Source of the DNA: a virus
Lineage: Duplodnaviria > Heunggongvirae > Uroviricota > Caudoviricetes
Direction: 5' to 3' (one strand)
IMG/VR virus record: IMGVR_UViG_3300025858_000011
Length of the DNA: 64,000 nt
Numbering within the stretch: position 1 is the stretch's first letter; every line of letters starts with the position of its first letter. Shown here in pieces: positions 1 through 9,435 of the stretch. Below the pieces are notes generated by a model. The model saw only the letters and a list, made by a program, of their open reading frames with translations. It made no database searches and was not told the origin of the DNA. A program made the translations under genes and the position numbers.

Positions 1-618
1 TCTTTAAATGCATTTCTTAATGCATCCCGTCAGATATCCAATACACCCAAGGCATTTAATTTGAGTTCTACTGAAGAGGATGAACCCAAGTTTAATGCGG
101 CTGTATCAGAGATTAAGAAAAGGGTAACGATGGATAAGAATTATCGTGGAGTAACTTACTCTAATTACATCGAATCAGGAGTAAATCCGATGGCAAGACG
201 ATTGTCGCGGGAGAATATAAGTTTCGGAGAATTCACTGGAAAATCTTCTGATAAAGAGAAAAAGCAGATAATTGAAGATTATAATTCTGGTAAGATAAAG
301 CAACTTTTAATTTCTGGAGCAGGATCTGAGGGATTGGATCTAAAAGGAACTAAACTATTACAAGTCCTCGAGCCCCATTGGAATGATCCCAAGATTGATC
401 AGGTCATCGGCAGAGCAGTTCGTTATCAGTCACATGTAGATCTGCCGGAGAATGAGAGACATGTAGAAATTCAGAAGTTCATCGCACTTCCAAGAAAGCA
501 TGGGTTCTTTGTTAAAAAACGAGATACAGGTGCTGATGAATATTTATCGATGTTATCAAAACAAAAAAGTAATTTAAATAATGCATTTCTAAATGCACTA
601 CAAGAGGTAGGAAGCTAG
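1..618 (+). CDS. SF2 (SNF2/NPH-I-like) helicase, C-terminal HELICc part; 5'-truncated by the window edge
   Basis: Frame is open from base 1. Motifs SGAGSEGLDLKG, QVLEPHWN and DQVIGRAVRYQSH correspond to SF2 motifs V/VI. Confidence 0.85.
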   Translation, partial: SLNAFLNASRQISNTPKAFNLSSTEEDEPKFNAAVSEIKKRVTMDKNYRGVTYSNYIESGVNPMARRLSRENISFGEFTGKSSDKEKKQIIEDYNSGKIKQLLISGAGSEGLDLKGTKLLQVLEPHWNDPKIDQVIGRAVRYQSHVDLPENERHVEIQKFIALPRKHGFFVKKRDTGADEYLSMLSKQKSNLNNAFLNALQEVGS

Positions 619-1154
619 TGAAAAAATTAGTTTTGGCTCTATTGGCATTCTTGACATTTGCAGCATATACAGCGTATGCAGACGAATTATCAATTAAGGC
701 ACCCATCATCATCCCCAATGTAATACAACTTGCATGGTCGAGCAATACAGACGTAGTAGACGGATACATTGTTCATTTATTATATAATAATATTCACACA
801 ACGATGGTATCACAGACTGATACTATTTTTATTAAAGATCTTAGTGCTCTCTCTTCTCTTACAGATCCCACAAGAATTAGGATGTGGGTTACCGCATATA
901 ATAGCGTAGGGGAATCTGCTCCATCGGACACAGTATCATTTATATATGCCAACAATAGATTGTTGTTTGGGGACTGGGATAGAAATGGGAAGATCGACGG
1001 GATCGATATGACGATGTTTTGGCATTGTTATTGGAGAACATCTCCGGATCCACTATATAAATCAATATTTGATGCAGATCAAAATAAAAAGACGGATGCA
1101 ATTGATTACATGTACATCGGTAATAATTACGGTGAAAAATTAATAGAGGAATAA
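618..1154 (+). CDS. Secreted Fn3-like plus dockerin-like protein
   Basis: Signal peptide MKKLVLALLAFLTFAAYTAYA. Fn3 signature (LAWS..VDGYIVH..VTAYNSVGESAPSD). Duplicated Ca-loop GDWDRNGKIDGID / DADQNKKTDAID. Confidence 0.7.
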   Translation: MKKLVLALLAFLTFAAYTAYADELSIKAPIIIPNVIQLAWSSNTDVVDGYIVHLLYNNIHTTMVSQTDTIFIKDLSALSSLTDPTRIRMWVTAYNSVGESAPSDTVSFIYANNRLLFGDWDRNGKIDGIDMTMFWHCYWRTSPDPLYKSIFDADQNKKTDAIDYMYIGNNYGEKLIEE

Positions 1155-1157
1155 AGT

Positions 1158-1622
1158 ATGGCAGATGTAATGGTATTAAAGGTAGGTGATATTTTTAATG
1201 TAAAAGTATCAGTTGCAACTTCTGGAAATCAAATATTTCGTACAATAGCCTGCGGGGTTACTTGGCCAACTGCAATAGTGGATCCAGTACTAACTGGTGC
1301 CACCCCGGTCTTCGTAGATGGTAATTTATTTGCAGGTTTGGATTATGAAGTAAAGGTGACCAAGACAGGAGACGAGCTTGCTGTTCTAAAGGCTCTTAAG
1401 TCTGGAGCATCGGTATCTCAGACGGGAGACATCGTCATCGTTCAATTCGTTGCTACTAATGTAGGGGAAGGTGTTTTCACACTTACTGACCTGCAGGGCA
1501 TCGACATCGAAAATGATTTGCCAGTATTACGACCTATCGAGAGTGAGGGAGACGCTCCTATTAAAACTGAAACAACTACGTCAGCCGGATCAATAATCTT
1601 AAAAATTCAGGTGATTAGATGA
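1158..1622 (+). CDS. Cohesin-like domain protein
   Basis: VGDIFNVKVSV...GVTWP...DGNLF...SQTGDIVIVQFVATNVGEGVFTL matches the cohesin beta-sandwich pattern. No signal peptide. Confidence 0.6.
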   Translation: MADVMVLKVGDIFNVKVSVATSGNQIFRTIACGVTWPTAIVDPVLTGATPVFVDGNLFAGLDYEVKVTKTGDELAVLKALKSGASVSQTGDIVIVQFVATNVGEGVFTLTDLQGIDIENDLPVLRPIESEGDAPIKTETTTSAGSIILKIQVIR

Positions 1623-3913
1623 GACACATTATAGCAACTGCTATATTATTTGCGACAACTTTGTTTGCACAAAATATCGATGATTCTTTAATAGGGTCAT
1701 CACATGGCATCGTTAGTGGTGGAACGTTCACTGATGCCGGTTGGAAAACAAAATCGGTATTGGATTTTATTCAGTATAATGTTCCTACATCTTCGAATGG
1801 CGTAGTTGAGTTTGATGTGAAAGGCATCGAGGCATCTAACGTTGTTTTCCCTAATTGCGATGTGGACAAGTATGGTAATATAAATTGTGCCGAAGATAAT
1901 GTCCATTATCAGTTAATTAATTTTTGGGATAGAGATGATTCAACCGAATGGTGGGGAGTCAAACAATGGCATAATCCATATAAAATGTATATACAGATTT
2001 ATGGATACACATACGGTGACGTAGATAAGTGGCAACACATCGAGCATCGTCTTAATGTTTGTGCTTATTCCGGAGGTTATGAGGACGACCCGCATGCTTT
2101 TGGTAATCCACCTCTTTATGGTCCTTTTAATTGGAATAAAGACGTAGTATATCATTTTAAAATGACCTGGGGTATGGGACATTTTATACTTTACATGAAT
2201 GGATCTATGATCGTTGATAGGGATTATTCTTCCTTTGGTTGTGAGTATACTCCTCCTTATTTTTCTATAAGACTAGGGTCTGCAGTATTGGGTGGTATAA
2301 AGAGTGGGGGATTAAAGTGTCCCGTAGGAATTACATACTCTAATTTTAAATTTGTAGTTTCAAGTGACGTAGTGCCACCGTCTGTTATTGCGATGGAATA
2401 CACAAAGGAAGAACAAAAACTTTCTGTTACCGGTGACATATTAGTAACATTTAGTAAACCAATGTCACTAGAGTCTATCAGAACTGGTATCTCAATAGAA
2501 CCTGTGTTTCCTTACGTTCTTGAAATGAGTGGAAATACGATATGTGTTCGTAACATCGGGATACTACCAAACAATACTTCTTATAGGTTAATATTAAGTA
2601 GCACTATAAAAGATTTATCAGGTAATCTTCTTGATAAACCATATGTTTATAATTTTGTAACTAATGAGGCTTTTCCTAATATATTAAGTTTATATACATC
2701 ACATGACTTTCCAATACAGTTTCCTAATATTAACTATCTTACGAACTTTTCAGGTACGTTCACAAGTGGTGATAGAACTATCACTCTAGATGGTTTTTGG
2801 GATAATTATAAGATTGGCAAAGTGCGTTTCTCTCCGGATCGCGTAGGAACCTGGACTTATAATATAAATGGCATTACAGGAAGTTTTAATTGCATCGCTT
2901 CAGATTCAAAAGGATTTATCCATGTATCTGGAACAAAGTTTGTCCATAGCGATGGTACTAATTGGCCATGGCTGGGAGATACCTCCTGGAGACTTGCAAC
3001 GATGCAGTTTCCTTATAATGGAAGATTCAAAAACGTAGTAGATGTGAGAGCACAACAGGATTATACGGCCATTCAGTTCATTATTAACTCTTATATCAAT
3101 GGCCTCGGTTTCTGGAAAAATGAGGGCGGAACTTGTTTTGATGAATCTAATGGTGCAAAAAATTATGATGCGTTAAATCCGGAATATTTTCGTTGGTTGG
3201 ATCGTAGAGTAAATTATGCGGTAGAACATGGATTGGTTCCGGTAATGTTTCTTAGCTGGGCGCAGGAGTATGCTTTATATAGTGAGTCCCAATGGACTAA
3301 TTACGTAGAATATGTAGTTGGCCGGTATGCGGCTAAGAATGTAGTGTGGATAATTTGTGGGGAGTATAATGAACTTCCTAATGATTTTCCAGGAAGAACC
3401 GTAGCGGAATTTAATATTTGGGGTTCACTTATTAAGTCACGAGATCCTTATAACCATCCGATGTCAATGCATCCATCAGGACGTGGGTCAAGTGCTGAGT
3501 TTGCAGGATCTCAATGGATGAACTTCATCGGACAACAAACTCCTTACGCGGCAACAGCCATCGGTCAAGACATAGGATATGGGATCCCGGTTATAAATCT
3601 TGAACCGACCTATTTTTACCCAGATGAGTATGGATCTCCTACCACTACAGAACAAGTTAGACGGCAACTTTATGACATCGTTAAAGCGGGTGGATACTAT
3701 ACATCAGGATTTTATACTACTTACGCTCCAGATAAAGGTGGATATGATATCGTTGCTTTAGCATCTGAGCAGCATTGGGTAGCGGTACTAAACAAACTTA
3801 TTAAGGAGGGACGCGTCCCGACGACGTACGAGGAATACGTTGCTATATGCGACGAAGTACCAGTATCTCCGGCGTTGGTTCCTAATAAAGTAAAAGGATT
3901 GAGGATATTATAA
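1619..3913 (+). CDS. Secreted multidomain glycoside hydrolase-like protein (lectin-like N-terminus, Big_5 Ig, DUF5060, DUF4038 TIM barrel)
   Basis: Signal peptide. Big_5-like VTFSKPM..IKDLSGNLL..YNFVT; DUF5060-like DGFWD..KVRFSPDRVGTWTY; DUF4038-like FVHSDGTNWPWLGDTSW, NPEYFRWLDRRV, YVVGRYAAKNVVWIICGEY. Confidence 0.75.
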   Translation: MRHIIATAILFATTLFAQNIDDSLIGSSHGIVSGGTFTDAGWKTKSVLDFIQYNVPTSSNGVVEFDVKGIEASNVVFPNCDVDKYGNINCAEDNVHYQLINFWDRDDSTEWWGVKQWHNPYKMYIQIYGYTYGDVDKWQHIEHRLNVCAYSGGYEDDPHAFGNPPLYGPFNWNKDVVYHFKMTWGMGHFILYMNGSMIVDRDYSSFGCEYTPPYFSIRLGSAVLGGIKSGGLKCPVGITYSNFKFVVSSDVVPPSVIAMEYTKEEQKLSVTGDILVTFSKPMSLESIRTGISIEPVFPYVLEMSGNTICVRNIGILPNNTSYRLILSSTIKDLSGNLLDKPYVYNFVTNEAFPNILSLYTSHDFPIQFPNINYLTNFSGTFTSGDRTITLDGFWDNYKIGKVRFSPDRVGTWTYNINGITGSFNCIASDSKGFIHVSGTKFVHSDGTNWPWLGDTSWRLATMQFPYNGRFKNVVDVRAQQDYTAIQFIINSYINGLGFWKNEGGTCFDESNGAKNYDALNPEYFRWLDRRVNYAVEHGLVPVMFLSWAQEYALYSESQWTNYVEYVVGRYAAKNVVWIICGEYNELPNDFPGRTVAEFNIWGSLIKSRDPYNHPMSMHPSGRGSSAEFAGSQWMNFIGQQTPYAATAIGQDIGYGIPVINLEPTYFYPDEYGSPTTTEQVRRQLYDIVKAGGYYTSGFYTTYAPDKGGYDIVALASEQHWVAVLNKLIKEGRVPTTYEEYVAICDEVPVSPALVPNKVKGLRIL

Positions 3914-4209
3914 TGGGGAAATACTTTAATAAAACCGGCATCGAGAAAGCAGCCTGGCTTACTACGGCCATTAAAGCGGTAACTACCGGATTAAAGGCAT
4001 TAAAGTTTAGTAAAGTTGCACCGACAGTTGCAATGATTGCTGCTCCAATGGCTGCTGATGCAACATATCTTGCCACGCATGGCCCTGCCGCTGGAAATTT
4101 ACTTAAAGATTTCTCGCGTGTTAAATCAAAATTTCGTACTCCACAATTTCCTCTTGATTCCTTTTCAAGTGAAAGGGCAATGATTAATAGAGCAAATGAG
4201 GTTGTATAA
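3913..4209 (+). CDS. Small basic protein with KxA motif and hydrophobic segment; putative virion protein
   Basis: ORF track. IEKAA near the N-terminus followed by an Ala-rich amphipathic stretch. Confidence 0.5.
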   Translation: MGKYFNKTGIEKAAWLTTAIKAVTTGLKALKFSKVAPTVAMIAAPMAADATYLATHGPAAGNLLKDFSRVKSKFRTPQFPLDSFSSERAMINRANEVV

Positions 4210-4211
4210 CG

Positions 4212-4469
4212 ATGTGGAAAAATAATATTCCAACTAGTCAAGAAATTGATAGATTAGCAAAACAATGGTTGCACCGTACTCCTCCTACGGGAATACGCAA
4301 AGAAGTGTTAATTCCTTTCGAGAAGAGAGCTGCAAAAAAGAAACAATTGACTAAGGCAGACGTAATATATTATAATGTATTATTAGGAGTTAACCAATTA
4401 CGAAGATTTAAAAAGTACCAACCCGTAGCATCAATATTAACTGCGGGATTAAACACTTTTAATTATTGA
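4212..4469 (+). CDS. Hypothetical basic protein (EKRAA motif)
   Basis: ORF track; tightly packed with neighbours. Confidence 0.5.
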   Translation: MWKNNIPTSQEIDRLAKQWLHRTPPTGIRKEVLIPFEKRAAKKKQLTKADVIYYNVLLGVNQLRRFKKYQPVASILTAGLNTFNY

Positions 4470-4494
4470 CTTTTGTAATATATGTTCGTATATT
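4466..4494 (+). promoter_or_regulatory. sigma70-type promoter TTGACT-N17-TATATT
   Basis: Consensus hexamers with exact 17-nt spacing, upstream of the 4530 gene. Confidence 0.6.
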
Positions 4495-4529
4495 ATATGG
4501 CTAATTTAACAACTAACTGAGGTATTTAT

Positions 4530-4886
4530 ATGGCAGATCCAAAAAATCCAGTTCAAACTTTAGAGTTCCTGGAAGCAATGTTAAGAGCATGGAAATTGAA
4601 TGCAGAAATTATGGAAGACAAAAAGATTGATTTTAAAGATCTTCCTTACGTTTTTGGAGCAGCTCCTGTGCTATGGAAAGGTTTCGTTGGTCTAGACCAG
4701 ATTGATGATGAAATGCTAGTCATCGATGATGATGGTAGAGCCCTTATCTCCGCAAAGGTAGAAGAGTTCGTGGTTACTCCGACCAATGAAGAATTGGAAA
4801 TGGTAGTGGAAAATCTTATGAAACTGGTTCTACACATGGTAGAAGTTTCAGTTGAGACCATCGCTTATTTTAAGAAAAAAGAATAA
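4530..4886 (+). CDS. Hypothetical protein
   Basis: ORF with GAGG RBS; acidic and helical. Confidence 0.6.
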   Translation: MADPKNPVQTLEFLEAMLRAWKLNAEIMEDKKIDFKDLPYVFGAAPVLWKGFVGLDQIDDEMLVIDDDGRALISAKVEEFVVTPTNEELEMVVENLMKLVLHMVEVSVETIAYFKKKE

Positions 4887-4894
4887 TTAGAATA

Positions 4895-4912
4895 GCGCAC
4901 GTTCGCGTGCGC
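4895..4912 (+). other. Intergenic GC-rich UUCG hairpin
   Basis: gcgcacg-TTCG-cgtgcgc perfect stem with no U-tract. Confidence 0.5.
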
Positions 4913-4932
4913 GTTCTCAAAGAGAGGAAAGT

Positions 4933-5166
4933 ATGTATATAATTTTAACTCATAATGGAAAAAAAGATCAAACAGCGATGGCCGAACAAATAGCTGATAT
5001 GTTGGAAGATGACGGTCACACTATTCAACACGTGGTTGGTTCTAATGACGAAGAGATAACTTTATATACAGAAGATCAACAGGTCATCGGAAATTTTAGT
5101 AAGGTTCCTGATCCTGATACTTTAAGATTCTACGTGGACATCGCAGATGAAAACGAAAGTAATTAA
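4933..5166 (+). CDS. Hypothetical protein
   Basis: ORF with GAGG RBS. Confidence 0.55.
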   Translation: MYIILTHNGKKDQTAMAEQIADMLEDDGHTIQHVVGSNDEEITLYTEDQQVIGNFSKVPDPDTLRFYVDIADENESN

Positions 5167-5305
5167 GGTTCATAGACCCATCGGGGCGATGTGTCCTGTT
5201 TGTGGCAAAAATCTGGCTTTTTTTGAAAAAGCCACGATGTCCACTGGAAAACAACGTCGTATTTTAAAATGTATGAATCCAAAATGTAGGAGAGAAACTA
5301 GATAG
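5147..5305 (+). CDS. Small Zn-ribbon protein (52 aa, not in ORF track)
   Basis: MKTKVIKVHRPIGAMCPVCGKNLAFFEKATMSTGKQRRILKCMNPKCRRETR; its stop overlaps the next start (TAGTG). Confidence 0.6.
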   Translation: MKTKVIKVHRPIGAMCPVCGKNLAFFEKATMSTGKQRRILKCMNPKCRRETR

Positions 5306-6195
5306 TGAAAGTACCTTTTATTAAATACATCGAGACATTAGTCGTAGGTCGACTTGACCCGCGAGTAATTATGGAGGAGCTTGCTGCGGTAAACATCGAG
5401 TTTCCATTAATAGGAGTTTCCTACGTAGTAGATACTCTTCGAGAAATCAATCCGGAATATTTTGAACAAGTGGTTCCTCCGATGACTCCCCCAGTTCCGG
5501 ATTCAGTTTGGTTGAATGACATCGGCATCGAAAAAATGTATGGGTATAAATTTAATATTCAACTTCCGGCAGGGACATTGGGGATTGCAGGTGCTTTTAA
5601 AATTATAAATGATCCATTAATGTATAGATTGATAACCTCGATGGCATTGGCTAATATCACAGCTGAGGACATCGAATTAATTGTTAATGGAAAGTATAAT
5701 ATCGAGTATTCGTCGGATGACGTAGTATGTTTTCTTCATTACTTTTTTAATTTAAAGGATTGGACAATTCAGGATAAAACTTCCTATGCGATGTCAGTTA
5801 CAAAGCCGGAATTAAAGACTGCCTACAGTATAGCTCTTAAGGGAGATAAAGATTATTTATTATGGAAACTTGGAGCAGCCCCAGATAAGTCTTTTGATTC
5901 GATGCTTCGGGACATGATGGTGGATTCTTATTACAATTTTAAGGAACGTTCAAAAACAGACCCCGATCTTGCACAAAAGTGGGGGACGTTGGCAATTAAA
6001 CTAACTGATAGAATGGAAAAACTGGAGAAGGAAACGGCCGATAAAAAGGATATGTTTGCTGATATTCAGTTTCAAATTAGACGCGGACCCTCGGATTCCA
6101 GTGGAACCCCAGAGCCTACGCCAGGATCTACAGTTAGTATCAATTTTAATTTACCACATATTGAGGGATTGACAGATGAGTCAAGAACAGATTAG
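5305..6195 (+). CDS. Hypothetical helical protein; weak terminase small subunit candidate
   Basis: Helical core with a C-terminal beta-strand tail (STVSINFNLPHIEGL); function is inference only. Confidence 0.4.
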   Translation: MKVPFIKYIETLVVGRLDPRVIMEELAAVNIEFPLIGVSYVVDTLREINPEYFEQVVPPMTPPVPDSVWLNDIGIEKMYGYKFNIQLPAGTLGIAGAFKIINDPLMYRLITSMALANITAEDIELIVNGKYNIEYSSDDVVCFLHYFFNLKDWTIQDKTSYAMSVTKPELKTAYSIALKGDKDYLLWKLGAAPDKSFDSMLRDMMVDSYYNFKERSKTDPDLAQKWGTLAIKLTDRMEKLEKETADKKDMFADIQFQIRRGPSDSSGTPEPTPGSTVSINFNLPHIEGLTDESRTD

Positions 6196-6352
6196 TGCAG
6201 CAACCCGTTTATTAAAAAAACGATATTTAAGTCTTTTACATAAAATAGACACTACCCCGGAATCTATCGATATGGGGACTGCTCAAGATTTAGTAAAAAA
6301 AATAAAACTTCATTTAGAAGAAGCCAAATCTTTTAAGAACCAAAAAGTATGA
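6176..6352 (+). CDS. Hypothetical protein (58 aa, not in ORF track)
   Basis: MSQEQISAATRLLKKRY...KNQKV; fills the gap and abuts the next ATG. Confidence 0.5.
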   Translation: MSQEQISAATRLLKKRYLSLLHKIDTTPESIDMGTAQDLVKKIKLHLEEAKSFKNQKV

Positions 6353-7261
6353 ATGCCCAGTACACCAGTAAAAGCTAGACTGTTAAAAAAGGGGTTTGTT
6401 TTAAAAAGTGATTATAATGGAAGAAGTAAGAAAATAATAATTGCTGATAAGAACGGTTATTTATATACACCAACGGCCAATACTGCCCTTCAGTATCAGA
6501 TAGATACAATTGTAAGTGTACATAATGAGTTCTCAATAAGAAATGTAAGATTATGGCTTCGTTTAAATAAAATACCATTTCAACTTCTTAGTGGACAATA
6601 CAAAGGAGCTAAGGAAAAACTTACATTTAGGTGCCTGGTTTGTAATGAGACCTTTAATAGGTCCTGGGATAGTTTATATAACCATGATAATCATGGATGT
6701 CCGTATTGTTTAAGCAAACAAATAGGGGCCTTTAATAGTTTATTTTCATTATACCCTGATGTCGCAAAAGAGTGGTATCAACCAAAAAATGGTGATATTT
6801 CTCCCTGCATGGTGGCCCCAAAATCCGATAAGTATTTCTATTGGAAATGCCCCACGTGTTGTTCAGTTTATTACACTTCCCCCAAACATAGAGTCCTGGA
6901 TAAATCCGGATGTCCGATTTGTAACTCATCTAAGGGTGAAAAAAGGATCGCCGAATATTTACGGACTTATAATATTTTATATGAACCTCAAGCATGGTTC
7001 TCTGACCTCGTGGGTCTTAATGGTGGTAAACTTAGTTATGATTTCAGGATTGGTAAAGTGCTCATCGAATTTCAGGGACAATTTCATGATGGAAACGGTA
7101 GCCATTACGTAAAAAGAAATCTTGAAAAACAAAAAGTACATGATGAACTTAAGCGGAAGTACGCTGAGAAAAATGGTTATTTATTAGTAGAAATTTGGTA
7201 TCATCACTACGATGTTATCGAAGAAATTATGGATGATATAAGAATAAAATATTTGTCATGA
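6353..7261 (+). CDS. Putative free-standing homing endonuclease (zinc-ribbon repeats plus PD-(D/E)xK-like C-terminus)
   Basis: CxxC pairs; LYPDVAKEW..KNG..SP..V..KS.KYFYWKC (DUF4379-like); SKGEKRI..YDFRIG.VLIEFQGQFH. Confidence 0.7.
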   Translation: MPSTPVKARLLKKGFVLKSDYNGRSKKIIIADKNGYLYTPTANTALQYQIDTIVSVHNEFSIRNVRLWLRLNKIPFQLLSGQYKGAKEKLTFRCLVCNETFNRSWDSLYNHDNHGCPYCLSKQIGAFNSLFSLYPDVAKEWYQPKNGDISPCMVAPKSDKYFYWKCPTCCSVYYTSPKHRVLDKSGCPICNSSKGEKRIAEYLRTYNILYEPQAWFSDLVGLNGGKLSYDFRIGKVLIEFQGQFHDGNGSHYVKRNLEKQKVHDELKRKYAEKNGYLLVEIWYHHYDVIEEIMDDIRIKYLS

Positions 7262-7968
7262 TTACAATTTGTATGTCCTATTATAATAGGAAACCTCAAT
7301 TAAAAATAACTTTAGAATCTATTACTAAATCACAATTTGCTTCTGAAGTTTTTATTGTATTAGTAGACGACGCTTCTGATAAAGAACATCGTCTACTTGA
7401 TGAAGACATTCCTTTTCCACATAAGTTAGTTGTAATCAATAAAGAAGAAAAGACCTGGTGTAACCCATGCATCGCAAATAACATCGCGCTGCGCAACATT
7501 CCCGAGGAAACTGATGTAATACTACTTCAGAATCCTGAGAATATTCATGTGGGAGACATTATTGAGGTATGTACTGGCATAAAAGATAATGAGTACCATA
7601 TTTTTGCATGCTATTGTTTACAATATAATAGTTCATTAGACACTCCCCCAATAGATAGGGGTGGAGTCTCAAATAATTTAGAAGGTTGGATTTGTCATAC
7701 TAAATATAATAATAATATTTATAATTATGCTGTAGCACTCACTCCTACTACTTTAAAGACCATCGGGTATTTTGATGAAAAATTTGCTCATGGAATTTGT
7801 AGGGACGATGATGAATTTTCTGATAGAGTATATGCTAGTGGTACACATATAATTAGACATAATTCTCCATATGTAAAACATCAATTTCATCCCTGCATGT
7901 TTACGGAGAATTTTTATGAGTTATTTAAAATGAATGATGATATATTAAAATCAATTAGAAGAGCCTAA
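7258..7968 (+). CDS. Glycosyltransferase family 2
   Basis: ITICMSYYNR, LVDDAS, GICRDDDEF. Confidence 0.85.
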   Translation: MITICMSYYNRKPQLKITLESITKSQFASEVFIVLVDDASDKEHRLLDEDIPFPHKLVVINKEEKTWCNPCIANNIALRNIPEETDVILLQNPENIHVGDIIEVCTGIKDNEYHIFACYCLQYNSSLDTPPIDRGGVSNNLEGWICHTKYNNNIYNYAVALTPTTLKTIGYFDEKFAHGICRDDDEFSDRVYASGTHIIRHNSPYVKHQFHPCMFTENFYELFKMNDDILKSIRRA

Positions 7969-7969
7969 T

Positions 7970-8695
7970 ATGAAAATACCCATTGTAATGCCAACCTATA
8001 ATAGGCCTGAATTTCTACGTGTAGTAGTTGATCATTTGCGGGTTTGTGATAACATAGATAAGTTCAAAATTTATACTTCTGAAGAACCGGGATTTCCGGA
8101 AGTACAGAAAATTTTTAAAAGTATAGATTTTATGGAGATAGAACGGCATATAAATGACCGTAGACTGGATTGCAATAATAATGTATTACAGGCAATTAAC
8201 ATCGGTTTTTTAAATGCAGACTTCGTAGTAGTTCTTGAAGACGATGTTGTTCCTGCCAGGGACTTTTTAAATTTGTGTATATGGGCGGATGAGAACTTTA
8301 GAAATGATTCTAGCATCGGATGTGTAACTGGCTTTAGTTTATCAAGGGAAGAAAAGCCAGACCAGGAAGTAGCCGCGGACGTTCTTAAATGGCAGTATTT
8401 TTGGCCATGGGGTTGGGCTACCTGGAAGGATAGATGGGAACATCCCGATAATAAAGAAGCATCAGATATAAGTAAAACAGGAAGGAATATTCATTCCTGG
8501 GATATAAACTTTTCTAATGTATTTTTTTTAAAAAATGGTTTTCATAGTTTATTTCCCGTTATTCCCAGAACACGGAACATAGGAGTACATGGAAGATATG
8601 TTCCTTCTCAACTATGGCATGAACAAAACATGCAGACATTATTTTTTGCAGATGATGATGAAAATTATTTTAGAAGTGAATTCAAGTTAGTATGA
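7970..8695 (+). CDS. GT-A glycosyltransferase
   Basis: IVMPTYNRPE, VVLEDDVVP, WPWGWATWKDRW. Confidence 0.85.
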   Translation: MKIPIVMPTYNRPEFLRVVVDHLRVCDNIDKFKIYTSEEPGFPEVQKIFKSIDFMEIERHINDRRLDCNNNVLQAINIGFLNADFVVVLEDDVVPARDFLNLCIWADENFRNDSSIGCVTGFSLSREEKPDQEVAADVLKWQYFWPWGWATWKDRWEHPDNKEASDISKTGRNIHSWDINFSNVFFLKNGFHSLFPVIPRTRNIGVHGRYVPSQLWHEQNMQTLFFADDDENYFRSEFKLV

Positions 8696-9435
8696 TTACA
8701 ATTTGTATGTCGTACTATAATAGGAAACCTTTATTACTGAATACACTTATAAGTATTGCAAACTCGCAATATAAAAATGAGGTATTTATAATAATAGTGG
8801 ATGACGGTTCAAACGATGAACATCGTTTATTTGATGAAGATATTCCGTTTCCTCATAAACTTATTAATCTACGAAAAGAAGATAAATGGTGGAAAAATGC
8901 GGCGTATCCTAATAATATTGCTCTGCAAGCTATTCCAGAACAAACTGACGTAGTTTTGCTACAGAATCCAGAAAATTATCACGTCGGGGATGTTCTTGCA
9001 AAAACGTTGACTGTAAAAAACAGTGAGTACCTTGCATTTGCATGCTATTACATGTTGTCACACTCAAAATTAATTAGTCCATTATCATCCGTTACCCCTG
9101 CTGAATTTGATAAAGAGGGGTGGACATGTCACTCAAAATATAAACCCAATTTTTTAAACTATGCCTGTGCATTTACTCCTAGTACCTTATATAAAATCGG
9201 TTTGTTTGATAGTCGTTTTTATAATGGAGTTTGTTTTGACGATAATGAGTGGGTAGAAAGAATTAAACACATCGGTATCGATATGTTAATTTGTGATGAT
9301 CCATATGTTAAACATCAATTTCATGATAGGGTTCATGCGGACCAGTATTTACAATTAGAAGATATTAATCGGAAGGTATTACATGAAATTAGAACAAGTA
9401 ATAACTATAACTGGTATTCGACCGGACTTCATTAG
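8692..9435 (+). CDS. Glycosyltransferase family 2 (paralogue of 7258)
   Basis: MITICMSYYNRKP, IVDDGS, LLQNPEN, GVCFDDNEW. Confidence 0.85.
   Translation: MITICMSYYNRKPLLLNTLISIANSQYKNEVFIIIVDDGSNDEHRLFDEDIPFPHKLINLRKEDKWWKNAAYPNNIALQAIPEQTDVVLLQNPENYHVGDVLAKTLTVKNSEYLAFACYYMLSHSKLISPLSSVTPAEFDKEGWTCHSKYKPNFLNYACAFTPSTLYKIGLFDSRFYNGVCFDDNEWVERIKHIGIDMLICDDPYVKHQFHDRVHADQYLQLEDINRKVLHEIRTSNNYNWYSTGLH

Noticed and set aside
4497-4520. Seven-codon uORF MANLTTN after the 4466 promoter
   Set aside because: Too short, and too close to the -10 box to support translation; may be chance.
6759-7112. Alternative-frame + strand ORF inside the endonuclease gene
   Set aside because: No recognisable motif; the main frame carries the zinc-ribbon and nuclease signatures.
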